A DNA stretch of 63,167 nucleotides, filler included, from Octopus bimaculoides (lineage: Eukaryota): NCBI RefSeq assembly GCF_001194135.2. It is 6 parts of 6 records of this genome, joined end to end, with 100 filler letters (N's around TTAATTAATTAA, not from the genome) between each part and the next. Parts side by side here need not be neighbours in the genome. Positions count along the whole stretch, not along the records: positions 12,813 to 37,729 come from NC_068987.1; positions 37,830 to 54,903 come from NC_068984.1; 4 more parts are not named here. One strand, written 5' to 3'. Both the position numbers and the translations under genes were made by a program. The notes under the pieces were generated by a model. It searched no databases, had not been told where the DNA came from, and saw nothing but the letters and a program-made list of their open reading frames with translations. Of this stretch, positions 24,873 through 37,963 are shown piece after piece (position 1 is the first letter of the stretch; the number at the start of each line of letters is the position of its first letter).

Positions 24873-27409
24873 TTGTGTGTATGTGTTTGAAATGGAGTGA
24901 GTGTGGGATTAAAGAAGTACTTTCCTGAATACTGATGCGTAACGCAGTAACTGCTATTCTCAAAAGACCACTGTTTATAACTCCCGTCAACTACCAAAAA
25001 AGCCCTTTGACATGAATACACTCCTCAAGGTTGTGCAAAGGTAAGAACATAGGTGAACTAGTGAAGCGAGCATACCTTAAACAATAGACGGAAATCCTAC
25101 ACAATTTGTCTTTGTATGAAGTTGTACTCATGTAACAATCTAAAAAAAATCCAAAATGAGCAAAGATCAGGATCCATCAAATGTATTTACAGTGACTATA
25201 AGAGTAGAAATTTTGAGCACTTAAAAGTTAAGGCCCTCATTTTCAGTAACCTATACTAACGACATATTTCCCGGCCAGCCTTTTTAATGCATTGTTAAAA
25301 TCGCTAACATGGATATCCACTAATTAATTGGTAATCAAGCTCAGGGAAATAAAAGAACAAATCGAAGGTGGCACTTCATAATGACCTTAAATGTGATGAC
25401 CAAAACAAACTGCAAAAATAAAGGCGAACCGTGATGTTTGAATTGAGAAGCTACAGGGACCTAACTGTTTACGTATGTTTGACTCTGTCATTCAATTTGT
25501 TGTCCAATTTATCACTACAATATCAGTTTCTTATTTGTTGAATATTTTCATTATCGTCCGGTTTTTGTCCTCTACCTGTTTATTGCCTCTCATTCATTTC
25601 TTCTCTCCTTTTTTTTATCTAAATAAAAACATAACGTAGATATACTAAAAAGTTTCTACATTTCCAGTGCAAGAACAAAATGAGAACCGAGTTCAGCCTT
25701 TCGAACAGTGGTCCATCAGCGTGAAAAGGGAGAGCAAGAAGATTACATAAAAGTAAAGAAACTTAGAAAGAAAGAGAAAGATTTCTTTTTTAAATAAGCG
25801 AAGATAATTGCTGTCCTCGTTAATGGTTAACATCCTCCAACGTTCCTCACATCTTAACTCATATCATCTCTGCATTCCTCTCATAATTTACTGGTTCCAG
25901 CCATGCCCAGAACACCTTCATTTTTCTGTTCCTTTTCATTGAAGAGAGAAGATCACTTTCTACTCCTTCACGTCCATCGAAATCATCATCACTATAAGAA
26001 CTCCCATTTTGTTTGACGGTCTAACAGTTCTGCCATCCATCACTCCACAAAACCAGTAATAACTAAGTGATAGAAATAAGCCAAATAAAATTAGATGTTT
26101 TAATATTATACATTTTGATGAAACTTACTATTCCATTAACAATATGAATACTACTTTAATATAGAAACTACTTCGAAACTGACTAATTCAATCAATAAAA
26201 AAATAAATGGACGCTAAATAGTAGATTGTCGACAGACAGACAGACAAACAGGCACACACACGTACACATACATTCACGTATCAACTTTGATATGTATGTA
26301 TATTTGTATACACACATATACATGTGTGCTTGAATACATATATACATATGTATATATATGCATATATGTATGTATACATACATATATTTGTGTATATGCA
26401 TGAATACACACGCGTAGACACGAGACTTACAAGTGTATTCATCTATCTATCTATCTATCTATCTATTTATCGATCTATATATCTCACATTAACTCATATG
26501 TATGTGTGTCTACCTGTATGTATGTATATGTGTGCGTATGCTCACGCACACGTGTGTGTATATGTATGTGTGCATACACAAACACACGCAAACACACGCG
26601 AATTCAATATATGGTAATCAAACTACATGAAATAATACGGTGGATGGAAATAATAAAATTCTAATATAACTTTATTGCTTATTTAATTATTTCATTTTCT
26701 CTTACTTTTTTCCCCACATTTATTCAATAAATCTTAATTGGAAATTGTCATTCGAATCACTTGACTAAATTTCATATTCCTTTAAAACTTGTTCGAGCAA
26801 AAGTATAAGTTGTTATATTTGTTGTTGTTGTTTATATTTTCTGTTGTGTGTTTTGTTATTGCTGTTCTTTATTGCCAGCCTACGCTGTTTGAGAAGATCT
26901 ATGTCCATAACTGCTTACTTATCTCCCTTGGTTAGTGGAGTTATGGTAAGACAACGTCATGCTGATGACGTCTATTGTGGTAGAAACAGGTATTAACATG
27001 TCCACGACTATTCTCTACACTCAATAAAGCTTTCAGTTTCTTTTATAGTATGTCAACGTTGGAAGATTCTTGGTTCTTCAAATTATTTCTTCTTCGAAGC
27101 TGGTCTTAATACCATTTGTCATCATCTAAAGGCGAAAATAATTTTAATAACTCATGAATTAACGTTGTATCTTATTTGATATATCCACATATGTTCAACT
27201 ACATGACTGTGGCCACTCTGATATATTTCTCTTGGCTCGCGTTCTTAAAACTGCTATTAAAGGGAGTCCATCTGTAATTGTTCGATAGTTTTGGTGTGTG
27301 TGTGTTTGTGTGTGTGTGTGTGCGTGGCTATATTATCTTATGTGACATTTCTTTATTCCAAACATCTCAATGGACTTTCACCAACTTCAACAATGCTAAT
27401 TTTTAGAAC

Positions 27410-27620
27410 ATGAGCATAAGATCCGAAATTTTGAGAGGGCAGTTAGGTGATTAAGCCTACCCTAGTTCTTGATCGTTACTGCATATAATCGAGCCCGAAA
27501 GAATACAAGGCAAAGTGAACCCCACTGCGATTTGAACTCAGAACAGAGAATCGTAACAAATACAGCCAAATATTTTGTCCAACGCTCTTAATGATTTAAC
27601 CAATCCAACACCCTCACAGT
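27410..27620 (-). mobile_element. Degenerate SINE family M
   Basis: CGAGCCCGAAAGAATACAAGGCAAAGTGAACCCCACTGCGATTTGAACTCAGAAC. Confidence 0.6.
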
Positions 27621-27826
27621 TGCTTATTATGCACCAGACCAACAATTCTGTGGGTTGGGGCTTCTGTCGATTATATCGAACAGTAATCCACTGTTTCATT
27701 ACTCAGTTGACCCCCTCCACAGTGAGGCCTAGTAACCTATACATTACAGAAGTGCGAGTGTAGAAAGACGTGACGTACCGAATGCTTTACGCAAAATTGT
27801 TCTGATAATTTACTCTTTATTCTCAC

Positions 27827-28030
27827 CTTTCAACAGATGGTAGATGTCGCTGTATTCATGAATTGATCCAACTCTTGGGACAAACACAAGATACCAATTC
27901 TGCCAAACGATTTCGAATAATCTGAATAAGAGATTCACCAAAGCCAGCTGTGCGTCTAATCCTTGTTGTAGTGTATCGCGTAAAGAATCGGTGGGAAGGA
28001 GGACCGGGATAGAATGCCACCCACCACTGT
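27827..28030 (-). CDS. Candidate isolated coding exon (product unknown)
   Basis: 204-nt stop-free frame (SGGWHSIPVLLPTDSLRDTLQQGLDAQLALVNLLFRLFEIVWQNWYLVFVPRVGSIHEYSDIYHLLK) ending at donor AAG|GTGAGA; phase 1-1; weak acceptor; no recognised homology. Confidence 0.3.
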
Positions 28031-29432
28031 CTTAATAAGGATTTCTAACAGGTATGATGATATACAGGCACCATATTTCATCGACTCAAGCGAAGTCGAC
28101 ATCAGCTGGGTTTGAACCTAGAAAGTAAAAAGACGTTGATAAATATGATCAAAGCATTTTGCCCCATATCTTACGATTCTGACATGAATCCACTCAAGCA
28201 AATGATTTTTGAATTTAATCAATATCAAACTGGGAGATGAATTTCGATTAAGATTCTTTAGGCATTTTCTCTTCTGTTTAGCTTGTTTAAAAATTTGGAC
28301 ATAGTTTTGCAAGATAGCATTTAAAACTTGATGAAACTGAGAGAGTTTTGCAAATTGACTTGGGGTATTTGGGTGAAGAGTGGGAGGGAAACGAATGGAA
28401 AAGCACATTTAAAAATCTGATATTGGAATTTTAATTTAAATCTGATTTTGGAATTTTTAATTTAAATCCCATACGATGTGGATTTACTTTGAATTTAAAT
28501 TTGCCATACAATCATCCTTGGTGACTTCTTTATAGAAATATCTCAGTTTTATCAATTTGAAATTTCAAGACGAAAGATGAATGAATAAACAAATAAATCC
28601 AATTAAGAAGTAAAACGCAAAATAAATTATGAAGAGGAAACAAATTGAATCGAAAATTATATTTAAAGATTGAAGCAGCAAATGTTAGAGGAAGGAAAAA
28701 AGAGAAAATGCTAACTAATATATCCTAATTACCAAATTATCGCTCCCTAAGCTGTCGACATCAGTGAACACATTGCGGCAGTAGTGATGGCGGATTTGGT
28801 GGCTGGAGTTGGAGGGGTTAATAATGATGGACATGATGGTGGCAAGCAAAGCTTTAACAATAAATTTCCGGTTACACTAAGCTTCCGGCTATTCAGTTTA
28901 ATGTTGCCACCCACGATGGAGTTACATTGTTATTAATGATTTATTTTATTACTTCTCCCAAGAATCAAATATATTGTAAGATTGTTCTAGTTGATTCCAT
29001 GGGTGGCAAGTAAGGACAACAGCATGAATTGAAATAATTGTAAAGCCAGGAATTTGTAGAAACGAGTTACATCACCATTAATTATTGGGAATAAAATGCA
29101 GGTGTTTTATTTTATCAATATTGAAATATGAAAACTCAAGTCAATCCCAAAAGTGTTTGAACAATGTAGAAGAACAGAAATAATTATTATACAGAGTCTA
29201 ATCTTATGCTTCCCAATGTCTACAATTCTTTTGAATTAGTGGACAAAAAATAAACGCAACATTTCATCTAGCAGAGTCGTTAGAGCCTTGTGGTATTTAC
29301 TCCTGTTTTCTTTGATCTGAGTTCAAATGTTGCCGAAGTTAAGCTAACCTTCCACTCTTACAAATAAATAAATAATGTTGGTTTTGAACTTTGGCACAAG
29401 GCCAGCAATCTCGGGGAAGGAAACTAGTCAAT

Positions 29433-29935
29433 TATCAGGTCATCCCATAAGTTCTGTCCGAATTTTGAATTAAGAAAACAAATATCAAATGTTATATTTA
29501 ACTGATATTTAATCATCAATGTACTTTGCATGATTATCTATGACTTCCTTCCATCTATTTAAAAGCTTTTTAATCCCATCAATGTAAAACTATTTTGGTT
29601 TCAAAGCGAATAACTCTGAAATGTCAGTTTCGACCTTCTCCTGGTTTGCGAAAGTTATGTCCCTCAAATGATTCTGTAAACTACGAAATAAATGGTAGTC
29701 TGAAGGAGCAAGGTCAGGAGAATAAGGTGGATGAGGAATTTTTTTCTAGCCAAGCTCTTCGATATTATGTGATGTGATCTTTGCAGTATGGGGTCGCGCA
29801 TTGTCCTGATAAAACATCACTCCTTTTCGATTCACTAAAGCGGGTCTTTTTTTCTTCAAAGCTTGGTTTTAATGCACTAATTACTGACAATAGACTTGAG
29901 CATTGATTGTTGCATTAGGTGGTAATCTCAACTTA
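29433..29935 (-). pseudogene. Mariner (DD34D) transposase 3' remnant with terminal sequence
   Basis: TINAQVYC...RPALVNRKGVMFYQDNARPHTAK...HPPYSPDLAPSDYHLFRSLQNHL...RWKEVIDNHAKYIDD*; D-34-D spacing; TIR-like end TA-TCAGGTCATCCCATAAGTTCTGTCCGA. Confidence 0.9.
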
Positions 29936-30779
29936 CAGCTGTTTCAGTTAGCATGATTCTCAGTTCTAACCGCTACAATAATAGTAATGATAGTTATCAC
30001 TGTAGGTAATTAGTTATACTGAAGTGAATCACGAAACATCATCAGAGCGGAAAGTAAATGAAATATAAGTAAAAAGAAAAAGAAGGAGAAAGTGAGAACG
30101 GTGATAATCAATTTGTGCTACATGCTGAGACATCTAACCGATTGGAAATTAGAAATAGAATAAGGTGTAGTTTTAATATTAAGTGGTCCATTCCCATATT
30201 CAGTGGGGAAGGCGTGGGTTAGATATATAAAATGAGCAATTGAGTTAAGTCAAAAAATAAAGTAAAAAAATAAGAAAAGTAATTAGAAATACCGGTAGTA
30301 ATTGAACTAAATAATAACAGTTGTCTATAATTTACTGTAATTGATCTTATATGCATTTTACTATAAATTGGCAGTATACCTAAAAAAAACGGGTTTGAAT
30401 AGGACTGGACCGGACAGTAATTGACCGGACTGGACTGGTCAGTTAATNNNNNNNNNNNNNNNNNNNNNNNNNNNNNNNNNNNNNNNNNNNNNNNNNNNNN
30501 NNNNNNNNNNNNNNNNNNNNNNNNNNNNNNNNNNNNNNNNNNNNNNNNNNNNNNNNNNNNNNNNNNNNNNNNNNNNNNNNNNNNNNNNNNNNNNNNNNNN
30601 NNNNNNNNNNNNNNNNNNNNNNNNNNNNNNNNNNNNNNNNNNNNNNNNNNNNNNNNNNNNNNNNNNNNNNNNNNNNNNNNNNNNNNNNNNNNNNNNNNNN
30701 NNNNNNNNNNNNNNNNNNNNNNNNNNNNNNNNNNNNNNNNNNNNNNNNNNNNNNNNNNNNNNNNNNNNNNNNNNNNNNN

Positions 30780-30822
<43 letters not shown>

Positions 30823-31444
30823 TACACACACGAACACACACACACACAAAATGCATTGTCAAGTCTTTAGCCAGCCAGAGGTTATAGTAGTAGACACTTA
30901 TCCGGTGTGTCACGTGGTTGTAAAACGAAAGTCTTAATCGCACAGTGATGTAATTTCTCCAAGTGTACAATGGCAAGTTATTTTCCTGCGATTCTTTCAA
31001 ATAAAGTGAATAATAAATAGTTTATTAGCGTGACAGTTTATACACTAATGTCAACGCAAATAAATAACAAATGACACCAAAAACAACAACAGCAGCAGCA
31101 TTAGCAGCCATAGCATCAATACCTACTAATTGCTCTCAATGTAATACAGCTAATCAATGATATAAAACATCATAAACGATAAATTAACGTTCAGTAGAGC
31201 TTCTTTAAGTGGATAAAATAATCGCTCTACTGACACTTTGCAAATTTAACAATATATTGTTGGTATTTATTGTGTCAACTCTGGATATATACTCGTAAAA
31301 GTTAAAAAAAAAACCCAGTTAGTTTTGAACTCAGAAAGTTTATTTCGTTTCGCACATTCAACCTAACTTGATACCTGTATTGAGCTAGACGAAACAAATT
31401 TACAATTGTGAGAGAAATCTCGCATATATTTTTTTATTATTATA

Positions 31445-31890
31445 GGTGAGCTGGCAGAATCGCTAGTACATCAGGCAAAATGCTTAGTGGCATTTCGTCT
31501 GCCTTGATGTTCTGAGTTCAAATTCCTTATTTCTTTATTGCTCACAAGGGGTTAAACATAGAGGGGACAAACAAGGACAGACAAAGGGATTAAGTCGATT
31601 ACATCGACCCCAGTGCGTAACTGGTAATTATTTAATCGACTCCGAAAGGATAAAAGGCTAAGTCGACCTCGGCGGAATTTGAACTCAGAGCGTAACGCTA
31701 AGCATTTCGCCCGGCGTGCTAACGATTCTGCCAGCTCGTCGCCTTCTGAGTTCAAATTCTGCCAAGATCAACTTTGCCTTTCATCCTCTCGGGGTTTATA
31801 AAATAAACACCAGTTTCGCACTGTGGCCATTGTAATCGACTATCCCCCTGCCCCCAAATTTCAGGCCTTGTGCTTATAGTAGAACAGATT
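31445..31890 (+). mobile_element. SINE M2 interrupted by an antisense SINE M1 (31526-31743)
   Basis: Perfect 16-bp duplication TTCTGAGTTCAAATTC at 31510-31525 and 31744-31759 flanks the minus-strand M1 copy. Confidence 0.9.
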
Positions 31891-32159
31891 ATTTTTACTT
31901 TTATGAAAATACTAAGACGCATTTCCTCCGTTTTTACGCTCTGAGTTCAAATTTCGCCAAGGTCGATCTTGCCTTTTTGGAGGTCAATAAAATTAGTTCC
32001 TGTTGAGTACAGGGGTCAGTGTAATCGACTAACCTCCTCCTGCATAAATTTTAAGGATTGTGCCTGTAGTAGAAAGTATTATTTTATTTGTATCAGCCAT
32101 TGAATTGAAGTCCTGTTGGGACCCAGTCTTGAACAGTTTAGTTCAACAAATCGATAATA

Positions 32160-32305
32160 TTTGCGTCTCATATTCACATGTTCATGGCAGCGGTCCTTCA
32201 GTTTTTTTAAGCCCTGTAAATGAAGTCGGAATGTTGGGTCTCCAACCAGGCGTTCCGCGACACACTTAAAACCAAGAAGTTTTCAGCACTCCCAACATAC
32301 ATGTT
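32160..32305 (-). mobile_element. Mariner-derived MITE, copy 3 (partial)
   Basis: Minus GTGCTGAAAACTTCTTGGTTTTAAGTGTGTCGCGGAACGCCTGGTTGGAGACCCAACATTCCGAC...ACAGGGCTTA matches 18046-18264. Confidence 0.7.
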
Positions 32306-32427
32306 ATACAGAGGAAAACTCCCTGTCCAATCTTATTAAAGAAAGGCAGTGTGGTGACCTTCACGATAGACACGACCGATAACCTGATTTGGTTTGCATG
32401 CGGCAACAGGTGTTCGACATAATTCTT

Positions 32428-32665
32428 ATTTCTTATTTCTTTATTGCCCATAAGGGGCTAAACATAGAGGGGACAAACAAGGACAGACAAAGGGATTAAG
32501 TCGATTACATCGATCCCAGTGCATAACTGGTACTGAATTTATCGACCCCAACAGGATGAAAGGCAAAAACGACCTCGGCGGAATTTGAACTCAGAGCGTA
32601 ACGGCAGACGAAAAAGCGCTAAGCATTTCGCCCGGCATGCTAACGTTTCTGCTAGCTCGCCGCCA
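32428..32665 (-). mobile_element. SINE M1, full length
   Basis: Head GGCGAGCTAGCAGAAACGTTAGC; tail GTCTGTCCTTGTTTGTCCCCTCTATGTTTAGCCCCTTATGGGCAATAAAGAAATAAG. Confidence 0.9.
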
Positions 32666-32869
32666 AGCCAGTAATGTTCGGACCCTTCACAAGTACATGC
32701 TATACAGTTTCGTCGCTCAGCGTGCATTTCGGACAGTATCGTACCTGTAGAGTTTATCTTGAACCTGTAGTACCTCTCAAAAGTGCTGTCAGCTCAAGTA
32801 TTTCTGGAAGCTATCCATGGTTTTAGTCAGCCCGAACGACATCCGGTACAGACCATTACAGCAATAGTA

Positions 32870-33400
32870 ACCTCAGAACGTTAAGAACAAGCTAAGCGTT
32901 TTTCCTGGCGTACTAACAATTCTGCTAGTTTGCCAATTTAATAATGATAATAATTACGTCAAATTTTGGCACGTGGCTAACAAGTTCGGGGGAGGGATAA
33001 GTCGATGTCATCGACCCCAGTATTCAACTGGTTCTTATTTTATCGACCTCGAAAGGATGAAAAGTAAAGTCGACCTGGGAGGAATTTAATCATAATGATG
33101 ATGATGATGATGATGATGATAATAATAATAATAATAACAACCCGCTACCCGCATATTATTTATCCTGAAATAAAACGAACCTGAGTCAAATCACAATAAT
33201 AATAATCCTACTATAGAAATAAGGCCTGAAATTTGAGGGAGGGGAATAGTCGATTAGATGACCCCCCCCCCCCAGTGAGTCACTTGTACTTCATTTATCG
33301 ATCCCGAAAGGATGAAAGGCAAAGTTGATCTCGGCGGAATTTGAACACAGAACGTAGCGACGGGTGAAATACCGCTAAGCATTTCGTCCAGCTCGCTGCC
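32870..33400 (-). mobile_element. Cluster of partial SINE M/M2 copies with AAT/GAT arrays
   Basis: Pieces at about 32870-32940, 32960-33090 and 33205-33400. Confidence 0.75.
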
Positions 33401-33405
33401 TTATC

Positions 33406-33467
<62 letters not shown>

Positions 33468-35039
33468 GTAATAATTGTTGCTAACACAGGCACATGACTG
33501 ATGATCAAAAACGAGATGCAAATTGTGCAAAGAGATGCTGCAGTGGCAGTGGCTGCAGTAGCAGCAGCAGTAGCAGTAGCCGAAGCAGAAGCAGTAAAAG
33601 CCGCTTTATACTTCAATGGCAATCATTACAAACAGAAGACCGGTTATCGTAGTTCTCATCAGGATTACCCTTGACTCTACTCTTTTCTCCAGTTTCTTCT
33701 CCTCGTCTCCTTTCTCTTGTCCGTTACTATAATCCTCTTTTCTTTCCCCTTCTCTTCATTTACACTCTAGAAGTAACAGTTGCAATGGTAGAAGTGGTAG
33801 TTTGATTCGTGCCAGAAATGCGTAAGGTACAGTAATACCACCACCACCACTAACAACAACAACAACAACAACAGCAGCAGCAGCAGCAGCGGCAACAACA
33901 GCAACCAGAGTAACAGCAGTAACATTTGCAGCTGTATAATGAAACTATTCTGTCAAAGTGTCTGCAAGAATATATTGAAATAAAAGAATTGCATCCATTG
34001 CTTCTTTGTTTGTGTATAATTTCTTTTTAGATTTCAAATTCCGAACGGAAATGCTTAGTAACGCAAAAAGGTCGGGTATTTTTCCTCCAATTGCAAGAAA
34101 AAAACACCGACACTNNNNNNNNNNNNNNNNNNNNNNNNNNNNNNNNNNNNNNNNNNNNNNNNNNNNNNNNNNNNNNNNNNNNNNNNNNNNNNNNNNNNNN
34201 NNNNNNNNNNNNNNNNNNNNNNNNNNNNNNNNNNNNNNNNNNNNNNNNNNNNNNNNNNNNNNNNNNNNNNNNNNNNNNNNNNNNNNNNNNNNNNNNNNNN
34301 NNNNNNNNNNNNNNNNNNNNNNNNNNNNNNNNNNNNNNNNNNNNNNNNNNNNNNNNNNNNNNNNNNNNNNNNNNNNNNNNNNNNNNNNNNNNNNNNNNNN
34401 NNNNNNNNNNNNNNNNNNNNNNNNNNNNNNNNNNNNNNNNNNNNNNNNNNNNNNNNNNNNNNNNNNNNNNNNNNNNNNNNNNNNNNNNNNNNNNNNNNNN
34501 NNNNNNNNNNNNNNNNNNNNNNNNNNNNNNNNNNNNNNNNNNNNNNNNNNNNNNNNNNNNNNNNNNNNNNNNNNNNNNNNNNNNNNNNNNNNNNNNNNNN
34601 NNNNNNNNNNNNNNNNNNNNNNNNNNNNNNNNNNNNNNNNNNNNNNNNNNNNNNNNNNNNNNNNNNNNNNNNNNNNNNNNNNNNNNNNNNNNNNNNNNNN
34701 NNNNNNNNNNNNNNNNNNNNNNNNNNNNNNNNNNNNNNNNNNNNNNNNNNNNNNNNNNNNNNNNNNNNNNNNNNNNNNNNNNNNNNNNNNNNNNNNNNNN
34801 NNNNNNNNNNNNNNNNNNNNNNNNNNNNNNNNNNNNNNNNNNNNNNNNNNNNNNNNNNNNNNNNNNNNNNNNNNNNNNNNNNNNNNNNNNNNNNNNNNNN
34901 NNNNNNCACCACCACCACCACCACCACCACCACTGTAACGATCTTGAACAACTCCAACACCACCAGCATAGCAGCCGTGATCGCGACCACCATCGCAGTC
35001 CTTATCTTCTCCAAAGCCATAACAACATCGCCAGCATCG

Positions 35040-36210
35040 TGCATTGACCTTTAACAATACAATCAGTGATTCCACAGCAATCCTCACAATGAAGTTCACC
35101 ACTGCCACCACATTCGTTACCGACACCAGCCGTAACACATTAGCAACCAGCCCTCGCCGTAACCACTGCCATCACCAACACTATCACAAATGACGTAGTA
35201 TCCGTTACCGTTGGAGATCGTACCACAGCCATCGCCATAACAACACACCATTGCAACACTCAACGTCACTGTCGCCATCGCAAACCTCACCATCAAATTA
35301 TAGCGTTCCTCGCCACAGCAACATTCACTACTGTCTCTATAGCAACACTAGACGTCATTACCACCATTACAATCCCTACCATTATCAACACATGGCATTC
35401 TTTACCACAGTAACACACATCACCGCTGTCACCATAGTAACACTTGACATTACTGCTACCGCCGCAAACCCCACTATCACCAACACCGAACCAGTGTTCT
35501 TCACTATAGTAACACTCATTACCACCGTCGCCATAGCAATACTCAACATCAATGCCACCATTACAAACCTCATCATCATCAACACACAGCGTTCATCACT
35601 ATGGCGACGCTCACCATCGCCGTCGGCATGACGACACTGAACGTCATTGTTACCATCGCAAACCTCACCATTATCATCTCCAGCATATGGCGTTCTTCAC
35701 TACAAGAACACTCACTACCATCGTCGCCATAGCAACACTCAACGCTTGTGCGACTATCGCAAACCTCACCATCAAATCATAACGTCCCTCACCATAGCAA
35801 CGTTTACTACCGCCCCTATAGCCACAGTCATCGTCATTATTACCATCCGAAACCTCACCATCACCAAAACATAGCGACTCACCATCACCATTACCGCTGC
35901 CGCTGCCGCCATAGCAACATTCAACGTCACTGTCTCCGTCGCCAATCCTCACCATCACACAAATCATGGCGTTCTTCACCATAGCAACACCATCCATCAT
36001 TGAGACCATTCACAACACCATAACGTTTTTTACCATAGTAACATTCACCTTCATCATTACCAACAGCATCCAACTTCATCGCCTCCACTTAAGCAGTATT
36101 CTTAAACGCCACTATCATTTTAGCTTGCGTCATTCACCATCATCATACCAACTATCGTAGCAATCCTCGCCATCACAACCTCCATATTAATCGTCACCAG
36201 TTCCTCTTTA
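35040..36210. repeat. Degenerate minisatellite, unit about 95-100 bp, CAC/CAT-derived
   Basis: Recurrent CATGGC(G/A)TTCTT(C/T)AC...GTCGCCATAGCAACACTCAAC...CGCAAACCTCACCATC; the Thr-rich ORFs change frame between units. Confidence 0.8.
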
Positions 36211-36249
36211 GTAACATTAACCATCACACACACACATTGTTGTTGTTCG

Positions 36250-36622
36250 CACTCCGTCGCTTACGACGTCGAGGGTTCCAGTTGATGCGATCAACGGAAC
36301 AGCCTACTCGTGAAATTAACGTGCAAATGGCTGAGCACTCCACAGACAAGTGTACCCTTAACGTAGTTCTCGGGGATATTCAGCGTGACACAGTGTGACA
36401 AGGCTGGCCCTTTGAAATACAGGTACAACAGAAACAGGAAGAAAGAGTGAGAGAAATTGTGGTGGAAGAGTACAGCAGGGTTCGCCACCATGCCCTGCCG
36501 GAGCCTCGTGGAGCTTTAGGTGTTTTCGCTCAATAAACACTCACAACGCCAGGTCTGGGAATCGAAACCGCGATCCTATGACCGCGAGTTCGCTGCCCTA
36601 ACCACTGGGCCATTGCACCTCC
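36250..36622 (-). mobile_element. SINE family B, full length
   Basis: CTCCGTCGCTTACGACGTCGAGGGTTCCAG...GAAATTAACGTGCAAATGG...GGGAATCGAAACC...CCTAACCACTGGGCCA. Confidence 0.85.
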
Positions 36623-36674
36623 ACACACACACACACGCGCGCAGTATTAACGCACACTGCCACAGCTACTACAG

Positions 36675-37300
36675 CAGTGTTACTCAAAGTGGTGGTCCAC
36701 GGACCGGTACCGGTCTGCGAGCCATCAGCTGCCGGTACGCGGTGAGTTTCCAGAAAAGAAAGAAACATTATAAAATTCTAATGTAATAAAACTAAGATAA
36801 AACTTAGATATGTTTCGACCAAAGATTGGTCCAGGCCATGTCTAACTTAATAGCACCACCTGATAGGATTATCTGAATCCCTTTTAAGTCAAGTTTTTTT
36901 TATGGTCCATTCAAGTAGTGAGTTCTTATTGAGTGAGTTGTATCCAGGTATGGATGGCTTGTTTGGTATTCTTTGAAGAAAACTATCTAGATTTTGTTTA
37001 AAGCTGATAGGATCCTTTTCCTCTTTTATCTGTTTCGGGACAATGTCAAACAGGGCAGGGCCTGTTGAGGAAAAGAAATTATGCCGCAGTATACCTATAT
37101 GTTGTGATCCTGAATTGGACAGGGGAATATTGTTTAGAAAATAAATATAAGATAAAAAAAAAAAATTTCAACTCTTATTATATTCATTATATATATTGTT
37201 TCCGGAATAAATTAATATTACTAAGAAATATTACCGGTCCCTGGCACATTGGGAAAAAAAAACTGCTGGTACGCCACATCAGATAGTTTGAGAAGCACTG
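36675..37300. mobile_element. Non-autonomous hAT (Buster/Charlie-type) element with 8-bp TSD
   Basis: TIRs CAGTGTTACTCAAAGT and (reverse complement) CAGTGCTTCTCAAACT; perfect TSD TACTACAG at 36667-36674 and 37301-37308, fitting the nnnTAnnn pattern. Confidence 0.9.
36790..37075 (-). mobile_element. CR1/L2-group LINE 3' end nested in the hAT element
   Basis: Minus translation FSSTGPALFDIVPKQIKEEKDPISFKQNLDSFLQRIPNKPSIPGYNSLNKNSLLEWT, then a short 3' UTR with tandem (ATCT(A/T)AGTTTT)-like tail repeats. Confidence 0.65.
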
Positions 37301-37909
37301 TACTACAGCATAACAACACCATAACAACAGGCAGCTTCATCACTACTATCGCTATCATGGCCTTCATCATCACTAATTAAAACCATAGTAATTACCAAAA
37401 TGATAAGTTTTCAATATCATCAACTCCTTAGCTGTATTGAGTGACGTCAGCAGTATGGTTACCGTCATCTCTAAAGCCATTATAGCAACGCTCACCACAG
37501 CCATTAAAATTCAGCTTCATCACTACTACAACCATCATCATCACCACCACTACCACTACCACTACCACTAACCAACAATAATAACAGTACCAGCACCAAA
37601 AACATCACCACCATATTTGCCACCACCACCACCACCACCACCACAAACAACTCTAACATCACAACAACACCTCCACCAACAACCGCACCATCGACAGCAA
37701 TAAAAACAACTTCACCACAACCACATCACNNNNNNNNNNNNNNNNNNNNNNNNNNNNNNNNNNNNNNNNNNNNTTAATTAATTAANNNNNNNNNNNNNNN
37801 NNNNNNNNNNNNNNNNNNNNNNNNNNNNNGAGAGAGAAGGAGAGAGAGCGAGAGAGAGAGCGAGAGAGAGAGAGAGCGAGAGAGAGAGAGAGTGATAGAT
37901 AGATTGATA

Positions 37910-37963
<54 letters not shown>

